Below, piece by piece: positions 49,238 to 58,420 of a stretch of 64,000 bases of DNA. The stretch spans positions 1-64,000 of the forward strand of contig JBIOXB010000239.1 in NCBI GenBank assembly GCA_044869275.1, given 5' to 3'. This DNA comes from a bacterium. Its GTDB lineage: Bacteria > Zhuqueibacterota > Zhuqueibacteria > Zhuqueibacterales > Zhuqueibacteraceae. The position numbers and the translations under genes were made by a program. The notes under the pieces are model-generated. The model was not told where the DNA came from and made no database searches. It was given only the letters and a program-made list of their open reading frames with translations. Positions within the stretch are counted from its first letter, which is position 1, and every line of letters begins with the position of its first letter.

Positions 49238-51550
49238 ATGGGGCAATACTGGGTTAAACTGTGGGAGCGACTCGGCAGCAGGCGACCACCAGGGTCGCTG
49301 TTGTCAGAAGTGGAAACACCAATCCGGTTTGCCACGCATGCGACGCACACGACGATCATTACCCATTCGCCTGAGGCCCAGAACGGTGCAGCCGGCGTGG
49401 CCATTGATGCCGGCATCACCATTAATTTCAGTGAGGCGGTGAACGTTGCCGGCAGCTGGTTCTCGATTGTCGGATCCTCCAGCGGTTCACATACGGCAAC
49501 AGTCAGTGGCGGCCCGCAAAACTTTCTTCTGAACCCGGACGTGGATTTTTCCGACAATGAAACCATAACCATCACCATTTTTGCCGCCAATGTGACGGAT
49601 CAAGACGCCAATGATCTTCCGGACAATATGACGGAGGACTATACATTTAGTTTTAGCACGATCACGGTGGCAAGCAACGTGGTAATCAACGAGCTTGATT
49701 CTGATACACCTGGCGCCGATGTCCTGGAGTTTGTTGAACTATATGACGGTGGTGCGGGCAATACCGCCCTTGATGGCCTGGTGGTTGTCTTCTACAACGG
49801 CCTCGGTGACGTCTCCTACAGCGCGTTTAATCTTGACGGCTTCAACACGGACGCCAACGGCTATTTCCTTTTGGGCAATAGCGGCGTCGCCCCGACTCCT
49901 AGTATTATTTTTGGCAACGGTGTTTTGCAAAATGGAGCGGATGCCGTAGCCCTCTATGTCGCGAACGCCTCGAGTTTTCCCAGCGGCGCTGCTGTAACCA
50001 CCACGAATTTGGTCGATGCTGTTGTGTACGACACCGATGATGCGGACGATCCGGGCTTGCTGGTGCTGTTGAATGCCGGCCAGCCGCAAGTCAACGAGAA
50101 CGGTGCTGGTGACGTTGTCAACCATTCAAGCCAGCGCATTCCCAATGGATCCGGCGGAGCACGCAACACCGATACGTATGCGCAATTCCCGCCAACGCCT
50201 GGAGCAGAAAACGTCGGCCCGCCGCCGCCAGTCATGGCCGAAATCTTTGAGATCCAGGGTTCAGGGTTCATCTCACCCCTCGCCAACCAAACCGTCATCA
50301 CCGCAAACAACGTGGTCACTGCCGTCGCTTCGAACGGTTTCGCCATGCAGACGCCCGAGGCGAGAGCTGACGCTGATGTCGAAACCTCCAATGGCATTTT
50401 TGTTTTCACCGGCAGCGCGCCAACGGTCTCTGTCGGCGACTTCAATGCTTATCAGTTCACTGATGGTTACGTGGATGCAGTGGGCCAGATCGCCGGCAGT
50501 TTCACACCGAGCGACAACTTGTTGTCCGGTCCGGATCTCGTGTCTCCAGATTTGACGAAACAGGTGCTGAGCCTGCCGGCAGAAGAGCAGTATTCCTTTA
50601 TATTCGACGGCAGTGCGCAAGTGCTGGATCACATGCTCACTTCGCAGGCGGTCAAACCAACCGGACTGCAGTATGGAAGGGGCAACTCAGATGCCGCCGA
50701 AACTCTAATCGAAGATGACGCCACACCGCTGCGTTCGTCCGACCATGACGGGCTGGTGTTGTATCTAGATGTCGTGCCACCCGCAATTACCATCACCGGA
50801 AGTCCGAGCAAGCTATGGCCACCGCATCACGCGTATCAGACATACGACATCACTGATTTCGTTACCGCCGTAACGGATGGCGGCACCTCCGGCCTCTCGC
50901 CCGCTGACGTCTTCATCGTCGCGGCGACCAGCGATGAGGCGGAAAATGCGCCGGGCAACGTCGATGGCAATACCACGGGCGATATTGTGATTGTCGATTG
51001 CCAAACGATCAAATTGAGAGCGGAACGCGCCGACAATGGCAACGGGCGGGTTTATACCGTAAACGTCGCGGCTGAAGATGCTTCCGGCAACCTTGGAAGC
51101 GCATCATTCCAAGTTCATGTTCCCCTAAGTCAATCGGGAACAGTTGCAGCTGACGACGGATCAGCGTATGCAGTCCCAAGCGCTTGCAGTGCGCCAGCGT
51201 TGAGTGTTGCGCCACCGGCTGCAACTGCGCGGTCCGACGCTCATGCCTCCGAGGAGTTTTCAGAAATTCCGGTTGATTTCGGGTTAGAGCAGAATTTTCC
51301 CAATCCCTTCAATCCAGAAACCGCTATTCGTTTCCAGCTCCCAGAGGCCAGCCACGTGGTCATTCAGATCTACAACACGCTGGGTCGCGAGATCGTCACG
51401 CTGGTCGACGGCCAGTACAGTGCTGGCTCTCATCGCGTGCGCTGGAATGGCAGAAACAGTTCCGGCGAAGTGCTGGCAAGTGGCGTGTATTTTTATCAGC
51501 TTCGGGCAGGCAGTTTTAATCAAGTACGGCGGATGAATTTGTTGCGGTGA
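49238..51550 (+). pseudogene. ExeM/NucH-like extracellular nuclease (Ig-like, lamin-tail-like, partial OB and EEP domains, Ig, sorting domain) with a large in-frame deletion
   Basis: ITINFSEAV, VVINELDSD..EFVEL, IFEIQG, TSNGIFV..VSVGD joined directly to FNAY; YSFIFDG..LDH, SSDHD; QNFPNPFNP tail; no signal peptide. Confidence 0.7.
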
Positions 51551-51583
51551 TTTAGTGCTGCGGTGGGAGGGCGGAGGCTTCTA

Positions 51584-51638
51584 CATGGCATAAAATACCT
51601 GTGCCGCTTTCATCGTCTTAGTGATGGAAGCGGCACAA
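51584..51638. repeat. left copy of a 55-bp hairpin-containing direct repeat (possible terminator)
   Basis: CATGGCATAAAATACCTGTGCCGCTTTCATC-GTCTTAGT-GATGGAAGCGGCACAA. Confidence 0.9.
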
Positions 51639-51970
51639 GCGTTGCGCGCCGCACGGGAAACTGCATCAAGCAAAGAGTTTTCTACGGGGTATTGGGATGA
51701 GTTCGGGCAACTCAATTTCTCAATCTCGTGTGTCAGTTCGTGGTCGCGGACGGATTTATGCTATTTCCCCTGTAGCAACCATTCTTTTACAGCAAAAAAA
51801 TCCTCAAACACTCCCCTAGCGTACAGAATCCGCTCCAGCAACTGGGTTCAAAAACTACCTATAGTGACAAAGCACCGGGGACCATCACCTTGCGCCTGGA
51901 AGGCTCTGTCTTCTTATCTTGCCAAAGTGCTGGCTAGCCAAGACCTCTTTTAAATCAATGGGAGCGACTT

Positions 51971-53773
51971 ATGAGCTTGCGCAAAATCCTGGAGACAAAC
52001 TCCGCTTGTAGTCTGGCCGCTCAGCAAATTACTGAGCATGTGACGCAACTTTGTTCCAGACTTACCCCTCTGCCTTTCTTCACCCTGCACAATGAGGTCC
52101 ATCTAAAAAACGTTGAGCTCAACTTGGACAAAATGCTTTTTCCTCATGGGCTCGCCTGTGTCATCCCGCAAATGAACGAAACAGAAGCATTGTTGCTGTT
52201 GGCAGGAACTTGGCTGCATGATATCGGAATGCTGCGGGGACTGTTTGAAGATGATGGGCAATGCAGTGATGACCAGATTCGAGACCAGCATGAAAAACGG
52301 GCAGCAAAATACATCAGTGAATACTGGCCACCTGCAATCTATTTGGGGCCGGATTTGCAATGGTTCAAGCTCGGGATCAGCAATATCGTCTTGTACCACC
52401 GCAAGCGCCACAATATTGGCGAATGCCCGTCTGAAATACATGTGGACGGCCAGCGCGTTCGTCTCCAGCTTCTCGCTGCACTGCTGCGCCTGGCCGATGC
52501 TGCCGAGCTAAATGGCGAGCGTACGCCTGATTTTCTCCGGCGGCTCTATTTCGCCATGGGCATGTCCGCTCACCACCTCGAGCATTGGGCAAAATATCAA
52601 TTGGTCAACACCGTCGCGTTTGAGCCTCAAAACCGCGAAATCCTGATTCATGCTCTGATTCCCAAAACCGCGAGCTTAAACGACTTCGACTTCAAGGTCA
52701 TCGTTGAAATTCTTGCATGGGAAGTACAGGAAGAGTTGGACACGGTTCATAGCGTTCTTGCTTCCTATGAAGAGCTGGCCTATCGCACCGTAACCCCGAA
52801 GTGTCGCGAAGTGAAATACTTCCCTAATCGCGAGGAGCTTGTCCTCGCCTTCTCGCCCTATATCGTCATGGAACAGCCCAGCGCCGGCACCATGGCGGCC
52901 AGATTCGCCGAGGTCTTGCTGGAAGCATGCGCCATCCATGGCCACTCTCCTGAGCGGCTGCGGGAATTCGCCGAGGAATTGTACAAAAGGATCGACGAAC
53001 GGCGACCGGACAACGTCGCGCTTACCAATGTTTGGCGGGAACTGCAAAACGCATGGAGCCAGAATGCTGCTATCAACGTCCGAAACAGTGTGGAGCAGGT
53101 CGCTCAACTTTGGGTGCGCCAGCGCCAGGAGGCGGTCGAATCAATCAACACAACGGCGAAGCTGGACATCCAACCTGGCGATCTGCTGATTGTGCTAGGG
53201 TACAGCGCGTGCGTGCGCGCTTTGCTCGCCGGCATCACCAATCATTCGGATATCCACATCTATGTTGCCGAGCTTCGCGGACGCACCTTGCTGCCGTGGC
53301 GCAACGAGCCCGAAGCCAGCGAGGGCATCCGAATGGCGCTCGAGGCCAAACACCTCGGTTACGACACCTCGTTCGTGGAAGCAACGTGGGTTCCAACCTT
53401 TTTCGAGCTCAATAGGGAACTCCCATTATGTAACAGTGGCAGGATCTTGGTGTTGTGCGGCGCGCGCGGCATCCGCCAGGATGGCAGCATGCTGAATACT
53501 CCCGGCCATCTCAGCATCGCCAGCGCTGCCAAGACCTACGGTATCCCATTCTATCCGGTGACTGAGTTGAGCAAATTCTCACGCGAGGCCATTGCGCCGC
53601 CGCGAGAGGTTACTCCCTCCCGGGAATTCGCAGATATCCCGCACTCCCAGAAACTGAGGGAAGCGAACATCAGAATTCGACGCCCATACCTCGACTTGGT
53701 TCCGGCTGAACTGATTACAGGATTCGTCACCGAACGGGGTATATTGAAACCGGAAAAAATCTCGCAGAATTAG
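51971..53773 (+). CDS. HD-CE-type HD phosphohydrolase fused to an eIF2B-alpha/MtnA/R15Pi-like domain
   Basis: N-half FTLHNEVH, WLHDIGM, RDQH, LYHR, LLRLAD, RTP, EHW. C-half RRPDNVAL, PGDLLIVLGYS, IYVAELR, EGIRMA, VLCGARGIRQDGSMLN..G, AAKTYGIPFY..E.SKF, DLVPAELITGFVTERG. GGAG RBS. Confidence 0.8.
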   Translation: MSLRKILETNSACSLAAQQITEHVTQLCSRLTPLPFFTLHNEVHLKNVELNLDKMLFPHGLACVIPQMNETEALLLLAGTWLHDIGMLRGLFEDDGQCSDDQIRDQHEKRAAKYISEYWPPAIYLGPDLQWFKLGISNIVLYHRKRHNIGECPSEIHVDGQRVRLQLLAALLRLADAAELNGERTPDFLRRLYFAMGMSAHHLEHWAKYQLVNTVAFEPQNREILIHALIPKTASLNDFDFKVIVEILAWEVQEELDTVHSVLASYEELAYRTVTPKCREVKYFPNREELVLAFSPYIVMEQPSAGTMAARFAEVLLEACAIHGHSPERLREFAEELYKRIDERRPDNVALTNVWRELQNAWSQNAAINVRNSVEQVAQLWVRQRQEAVESINTTAKLDIQPGDLLIVLGYSACVRALLAGITNHSDIHIYVAELRGRTLLPWRNEPEASEGIRMALEAKHLGYDTSFVEATWVPTFFELNRELPLCNSGRILVLCGARGIRQDGSMLNTPGHLSIASAAKTYGIPFYPVTELSKFSREAIAPPREVTPSREFADIPHSQKLREANIRIRRPYLDLVPAELITGFVTERGILKPEKISQN

Positions 53774-53789
53774 CTGGCGCCGATTTCCG

Positions 53790-53845
53790 CATGGCATAAA
53801 ATACCTGTGCCGCTTTCATCCTTTTGAGAGATGGAAGCGGCACAA
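53790..53845. repeat. right copy of the 55-bp direct repeat
   Basis: CATGGCATAAAATACCTGTGCCGCTTTCATC-CTTTTGAGA-GATGGAAGCGGCACAA; differs from the left copy only in the loop. Confidence 0.9.
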
Positions 53846-53890
53846 ATGTTTGGCTCAGATCCCGGGATTGCAAAAAAGACAAACAACTTC

Positions 53891-53955
53891 CAGCGGATGG
53901 AAACAACCCAACGGATAAATCAGCTTTATATCAGTTGGGTTGTTTCTATCCGCTG
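53891..53955. repeat. 27-bp near-perfect inverted repeat
   Basis: CAGCGGATGGAAACAACCCAACGGATA ... TATCAGTTGGGTTGTTTCTATCCGCTG. Confidence 0.8.
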
Positions 53956-54001
53956 AGGAATGTTTTTGGGTTGCGGTTCTTCCGCGCCGGTGATCAAACT
54001 C

Positions 54002-55249
54002 TTATTCATAACTCAACGCCTTGACCGGTTCGAGCTTGGAGGCGACGATAGCAGGCCACATGCCAAAGGTCAGGCCGACCATCGTGCAGAAGATTAATCC
54101 ACCAACGGCCCATTCCATCGGCACAGAAACAGCAAAATCGGTAAACAGCGTGACGATATTGCCCAACCCGAAACCGACGAATACCCCCAGAATCCCGCCG
54201 ACATTGCACAGCACAATCGCTTCGATCAAAAACTGCGTGAGAATACTCTTTCTTTTGGCGCCGAGCGCCTTTCTGAGCCCGATTTCCTTGGTCCGCTCCG
54301 TCACCGACACCAGCATGATGTTCATGATGCCGATGCCGGCGACGACTAACGCCACGATGCCCACGACGAACGCACCGAGCTTTACACCTGCCGTGGCTTG
54401 GTTGAACGACTTGATCATGCTGTCATTGCTGAAGATGGTGAAATCATCCTCCTCGCGCGGCGGAACTTTGCGTGCGGCGCGCAGCACCAGCCGCGTTTCT
54501 TCGATGGCATCTTGCACCAGCTCCGGCCGCCTCGCCCGCACCGTGACGTTGACCGAGCGCGCCTCGCCACGTTGGTCCCTCATGCCGTAAACTTGTTGGA
54601 AAGTCGTGATGGGGATGATGTTGTAATTGTCGTAATTGCCGCCCATCGCAGAGTTTTTCTCTTCCATCACACCGATCACGCGATATTTTCTGTCATCCAG
54701 CCTGATGGTCTTGCCGATGGGATCGGTGAAAGGAAACAGGGTCTCCGCAATACCATGTCCGATCAAGACGACAAAGCTGCTGGTCATGATATCTTGATTG
54801 GACAAATTGCGTCCCAGCCGCACGAAGTGGGTGTTGTTGGGACCATACTCCGGAGTGCCGCCGCAGATCGTCAAATTCTTGTTGGTGATCTCATTGCGAT
54901 ATCGCGCGATGTGGCCGAAGCTCCACAATTCGGAACCCACCAAATCGACAGTCGCGACATTTTCCCGGATGGCGTCGGCATTGGCCACGGTCACAGGTTT
55001 GCGCCGCTGAATCTTGCGCCAGTCAACGTCATGGTTAAAGCCGCCAGCGGGCATTTTTTGCACCTGGAAAGTGGTCGTACCCAGCACGCTCATTTCTTTT
55101 TCCATGGTGTTTTGAATGACGGAAATGCCCGTCATCACCGCGATGATGGAAGCGACACCGGCGATAATGCCGATCAACGTCAGCATCGAACGCAACTTCT
55201 GCGCGCGGATCGCCGCCAGCGCCATTTTTACTGCTTCGGTTAAGTTCAT
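54002..55249 (-). CDS. MacB/FtsX-like ABC transporter permease
   Basis: LRSMLTLIGIIAGV, GIGIMNIMLVSVTERTKEIGLRKALGA, ASKLEPVKALSYE. Confidence 0.93.
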   Translation of the reverse strand: MNLTEAVKMALAAIRAQKLRSMLTLIGIIAGVASIIAVMTGISVIQNTMEKEMSVLGTTTFQVQKMPAGGFNHDVDWRKIQRRKPVTVANADAIRENVATVDLVGSELWSFGHIARYRNEITNKNLTICGGTPEYGPNNTHFVRLGRNLSNQDIMTSSFVVLIGHGIAETLFPFTDPIGKTIRLDDRKYRVIGVMEEKNSAMGGNYDNYNIIPITTFQQVYGMRDQRGEARSVNVTVRARRPELVQDAIEETRLVLRAARKVPPREEDDFTIFSNDSMIKSFNQATAGVKLGAFVVGIVALVVAGIGIMNIMLVSVTERTKEIGLRKALGAKRKSILTQFLIEAIVLCNVGGILGVFVGFGLGNIVTLFTDFAVSVPMEWAVGGLIFCTMVGLTFGMWPAIVASKLEPVKALSYE

Positions 55250-55308
55250 TTATTGGCTCATCTGAATTTAGTGATTGAACTTGATCACTCACGCACAAAA
55301 TCGTCACC

Positions 55309-55334
55309 GTCATTCCCGCGCAAGCGGGAATCCA
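55309..55334. repeat. REP-like hairpin
   Basis: GTCATTCCCGCGCAAGCGGGAATCCA; same family as 3712-3737. Confidence 0.8.
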
Positions 55335-55354
55335 TTTTACTCATGTCAGTTGAG

Positions 55355-55519
55355 TTAAAGCTTGTCATAAAGATCTTCCCACTCGGGATTCAACTTTTCT
55401 ATCAGTTCCATTTTCCATGCTCGATTCCATTTCTTAAGTCGCTTTTCTCATAGGATTGCCCGATAGGGATCATCAATTCTTTCAAAATACACCAGTCGAT
55501 GAACTTGATATTCCTTTAC
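55355..55519 (-). pseudogene. C-terminal remnant of a small GIY-YIG nuclease
   Basis: Manual translation VKEYQVHRLVYFERIDDPYRAIL*EKRLKKWNRAWKMELIEKLNPEWEDLYDKL*; internal TGA at 55448-55450; N-terminal half missing. Confidence 0.85.
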
Positions 55520-55540
55520 AGGCAATTCTGATGAACTTAT

Positions 55541-56779
55541 CTATTCATACCTCAATGCCTCTATAGGATCCAAACGCGCCGCTTTGAAGGCCGGGACAAT
55601 GCCCGACAACACACCGACGATTATGGATACAATCAAAGCGACGATCACGATGGCAACGGAGATACTGGCGGGCATCAAAAACGCATTGATCACCTGGGCG
55701 ACGCCGACGGCCAGCAGCAATCCCACCAGCCCGCCCAGCAGGCAGATCACCGAGGATTCAAACAGAAACTGCGTCAGAATCGTGCGCCGCTTGGCGCCGA
55801 TGGCTTTGCGAATGCCGATCTCCCGCGTCCGCTCGGTGACCGAAACGAACATGATGTTCATCACTCCGATTCCGCCGACGAAGAGTGACACGCCGGTAAT
55901 GAGCAAGCCGATCAAGACGATCACGCCCATGACGTTGTTATAGGCCGCCATAATCGTATCCAACTTGTTGATGGAGAAATCGTCCTTTTCAATGGGCTTG
56001 AGACCTCTGATCTTGCGCATCTCTCCGATCAAGGTATATTCGAAATCAGACATCGCCTCAGTGCTGGGCGCCTTCACGGCAATGTCGAAATTGCGATCCG
56101 CGCTGGTGCCGAACGATCGCACAAAAGAGGTGATGGGGATATAAATCTGACTGTCAAAATTCGGCCCGCCGAAAAACCCGGCACTGCCCTGCTTTTCCAT
56201 GACGCCGACGACGCGGTAAGTATCCCGGCCGATGCGCAGTCTCTTGTTGATCGGATCGACATTATCAAAAGCGCGCTGTTTGATGTCACTGCCGATTACG
56301 CAGACTTTTTTCTTGTATTGCACGTCGAGTCCGGTCATGAATCTGCCAAATTCCGGCAGCGAGCTCGACACCACGATGTGCTTGTCCGTGGTGCCGATGA
56401 TCCTGACGTCTTGCAGCGTGTTGGATTCGTACTTGACGTTCTTATTGGTGCTGGTGGTCGGGTTGACGGCAACCGCGTCTTGCAGGCGACGTTCCAGCTC
56501 CTTCGCGTATTGCAGTTGCAGGTTGTTCCGGTTCCGGAATTCGAACCAATTGCCGCGCATCACCCAGGGCATGCGCGAAACGTAGAGTACGTCCGAGCCG
56601 ATGGCCGAAATACTCTCTTTGAAAGAATTGCCCAGGCCGTTGGCGGCGGTCATGGTGGTCACGACCGCGACGATGCCGATGATGATGCCCAGCGTGGTGA
56701 GCAAGCCGCGCGACTTATTGGCGCGAATCGCGGTCAACGCGATGCTGAGCGTCTCACTCAATTCTGTGAACGTTCTCAT
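55541..56779 (-). CDS. MacB/FtsX-like ABC transporter permease
   Basis: RGLLTTLGIIIGI, GGIGVMNIMFVSVTERTREIGIRKAIGA, AARLDPIEALRYE. Confidence 0.93.
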   Translation of the reverse strand: MRTFTELSETLSIALTAIRANKSRGLLTTLGIIIGIVAVVTTMTAANGLGNSFKESISAIGSDVLYVSRMPWVMRGNWFEFRNRNNLQLQYAKELERRLQDAVAVNPTTSTNKNVKYESNTLQDVRIIGTTDKHIVVSSSLPEFGRFMTGLDVQYKKKVCVIGSDIKQRAFDNVDPINKRLRIGRDTYRVVGVMEKQGSAGFFGGPNFDSQIYIPITSFVRSFGTSADRNFDIAVKAPSTEAMSDFEYTLIGEMRKIRGLKPIEKDDFSINKLDTIMAAYNNVMGVIVLIGLLITGVSLFVGGIGVMNIMFVSVTERTREIGIRKAIGAKRRTILTQFLFESSVICLLGGLVGLLLAVGVAQVINAFLMPASISVAIVIVALIVSIIVGVLSGIVPAFKAARLDPIEALRYE

Positions 56780-58122
56780 GTCCGGGGGTCTTTTTTGGCG
56801 TCGTTATTGACCTTAACCTCTAATCCGTTCTGCAAATCCTTGCTGATAGCGCGGAAGCTGCCGACCACCACTTCATCATCCTGCGTCAGGCCGTCGAGGA
56901 TTTCGATATGCGTATCACTCTGAATTCCGCTCTTCACTTGCCGGGCTTGAACCTCTCCATTTTTTACTACGAAGACCACTTCCACGAAACCATCCTTGTC
57001 CGGCACATATGTCGTTGCAGACGGCTCGTCAGCAATCGCCTCGCCCTTTTTCTGGGGTTTTGTCTTTTGCTGTAGCTGATCCATCGTGCGGACCGTCACG
57101 CTCTGAATCGGAACCGCGATCACGCTGTCGTGCGTGGCAGTGACGATGTCGCAACTGGCGGTCATTCCCGGCCGCAGATCCGCTGTCGATCGTCTCGCAT
57201 CTTGCCGCACTTCGATGGTCTTGGCCACGCCATTCGTCCCTGCCCCGGCCATAGTGCCAATAATCGCGACTTTGACTTCGAATTCGGTTTTCTGGTCGGC
57301 AGTGCCGGTGCCGCTGACCTTGGCGGTGTTGGCGATTTCTGAGACAAAACCTCGAAAGATCGTGCCCGGCACGGCATCCACCTCGATATGCGCGGTGTCA
57401 TCCAGTGCAATGCCCACGACGTCGTTTTCGTCCACATCTACGAGCGCCTCCATGCCCACCAGATCGGCGACCACTAAAATGACGTCCTCCTGAAATTGCG
57501 AGCCGAGCGCAATTTCACCGACTTCTTTGTTGAGTTGGCTGATCGTGCCGGCCATGGGCGCGTAGATTCTGGTCTTGGACAAGTCGTCCTTGGCCTGTTT
57601 CAAAAGGGCTTTGGCCTGTTCCACGTTGTTGAGCGCCGACTCGTATCGCGCTTTCTCAACCTGATAAGTTGCCGTGATCGCGTCGAAAGTGGCCGAGGAC
57701 TCGAGCTGCTTTTCAAAAAGCTCTTTCGTGCGTTTGTAATCTTTTTCCGCTTTCAGCATGCTTTCTTTGGCGAGCACCGCGTCGGACGCGCTCGACCTCT
57801 GGCTCGCTTCGGCGCGCTCGGCGGCTGCCACATAACGCTCGCGATCCAGCTCGACCAGAAAATCGCCCTTCTCCACCCAGTCCCCCTCATTGACCGCCAG
57901 CTTGGTGATCTTGGCGCTGACGTCGGCGCTGATGTTGACCTGAATGTGCGGCTGGACTTTGCCGGTGGCAGTCACGGTTTCAATCACTTGCTGTCTTTTG
58001 ACCGGTGCAGTTTGCACTTCAAGCGCTTCGCTGCGGTTCTTTTTCATAATGCCCGCTACCACCGCAGCAATGACGACTGCAGCCACGCCCGCAATGATCA
58101 GTAACTTTTTTTTCTTTGACAT
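56776..58122 (-). CDS. MacA-like periplasmic adaptor (membrane fusion protein)
   Basis: N-terminal anchor, VTATGKV, VNEGDWVEKGD, IYAPMAGTI, VDVDENDV, LRPGMTA, EILDGL. Start ATG 58122 with GGAG RBS. Confidence 0.92.
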   Translation of the reverse strand: MSKKKKLLIIAGVAAVVIAAVVAGIMKKNRSEALEVQTAPVKRQQVIETVTATGKVQPHIQVNISADVSAKITKLAVNEGDWVEKGDFLVELDRERYVAAAERAEASQRSSASDAVLAKESMLKAEKDYKRTKELFEKQLESSATFDAITATYQVEKARYESALNNVEQAKALLKQAKDDLSKTRIYAPMAGTISQLNKEVGEIALGSQFQEDVILVVADLVGMEALVDVDENDVVGIALDDTAHIEVDAVPGTIFRGFVSEIANTAKVSGTGTADQKTEFEVKVAIIGTMAGAGTNGVAKTIEVRQDARRSTADLRPGMTASCDIVTATHDSVIAVPIQSVTVRTMDQLQQKTKPQKKGEAIADEPSATTYVPDKDGFVEVVFVVKNGEVQARQVKSGIQSDTHIEILDGLTQDDEVVVGSFRAISKDLQNGLEVKVNNDAKKDPRT

Positions 58123-58159
58123 TTTCTCCGCATCTCCGGTTATGTTGAAAACAAGATGA

Positions 58160-58218
58160 TGTAGTAGTGCCTTTAAGCACGGACTGAACAAACGGCTCCC
58201 CAAGGAGCTACTACGAAC
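58160..58218. repeat. GTAG-type REP-like doublet
   Basis: TGTAGTAGTGCCTTTAAGCAC ... GCTCCCCAAGGAGCTACTACGAAC. Confidence 0.7.
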
Positions 58219-58420
58219 AGCAATTTCGTGCTAATCCTGTAACGCAAAAACAACGTGTCAATTCTACCAAAATGCCCGCAAGCGTGTCGGGTTTTCAGAT
58301 TGATATGGGCTGGGAAGGTTAAGGCAATACAACAACATAGACGATAAGTGAGGAGAAATGTTTCAGGCAATTATGCCAATGGCAATCCAGCCGGTGGCAC
58401 ATTCATCTTGATTTTCTTTC

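Noticed and set aside
49262..49340. GGCGACCACCAGGGTCGC hairpin as a REP element at the start of the ExeM-like ORF
   Set aside because: A single degenerate arm with no clear partner; insufficient support.
51621..51953. 110-aa ORF upstream of the HD fusion as a partner gene
   Set aside because: It starts inside the repeat hairpin, has no clear RBS or motifs, and has atypical composition. A short minus-strand fragment (LLERILYARGVFEDFF) could not be assigned either.
51584..53845. Integron attC sites
   Set aside because: No RYYYAAC/GTTRRRY core sites were seen at the hairpin ends, and no integron integrase is in the window.
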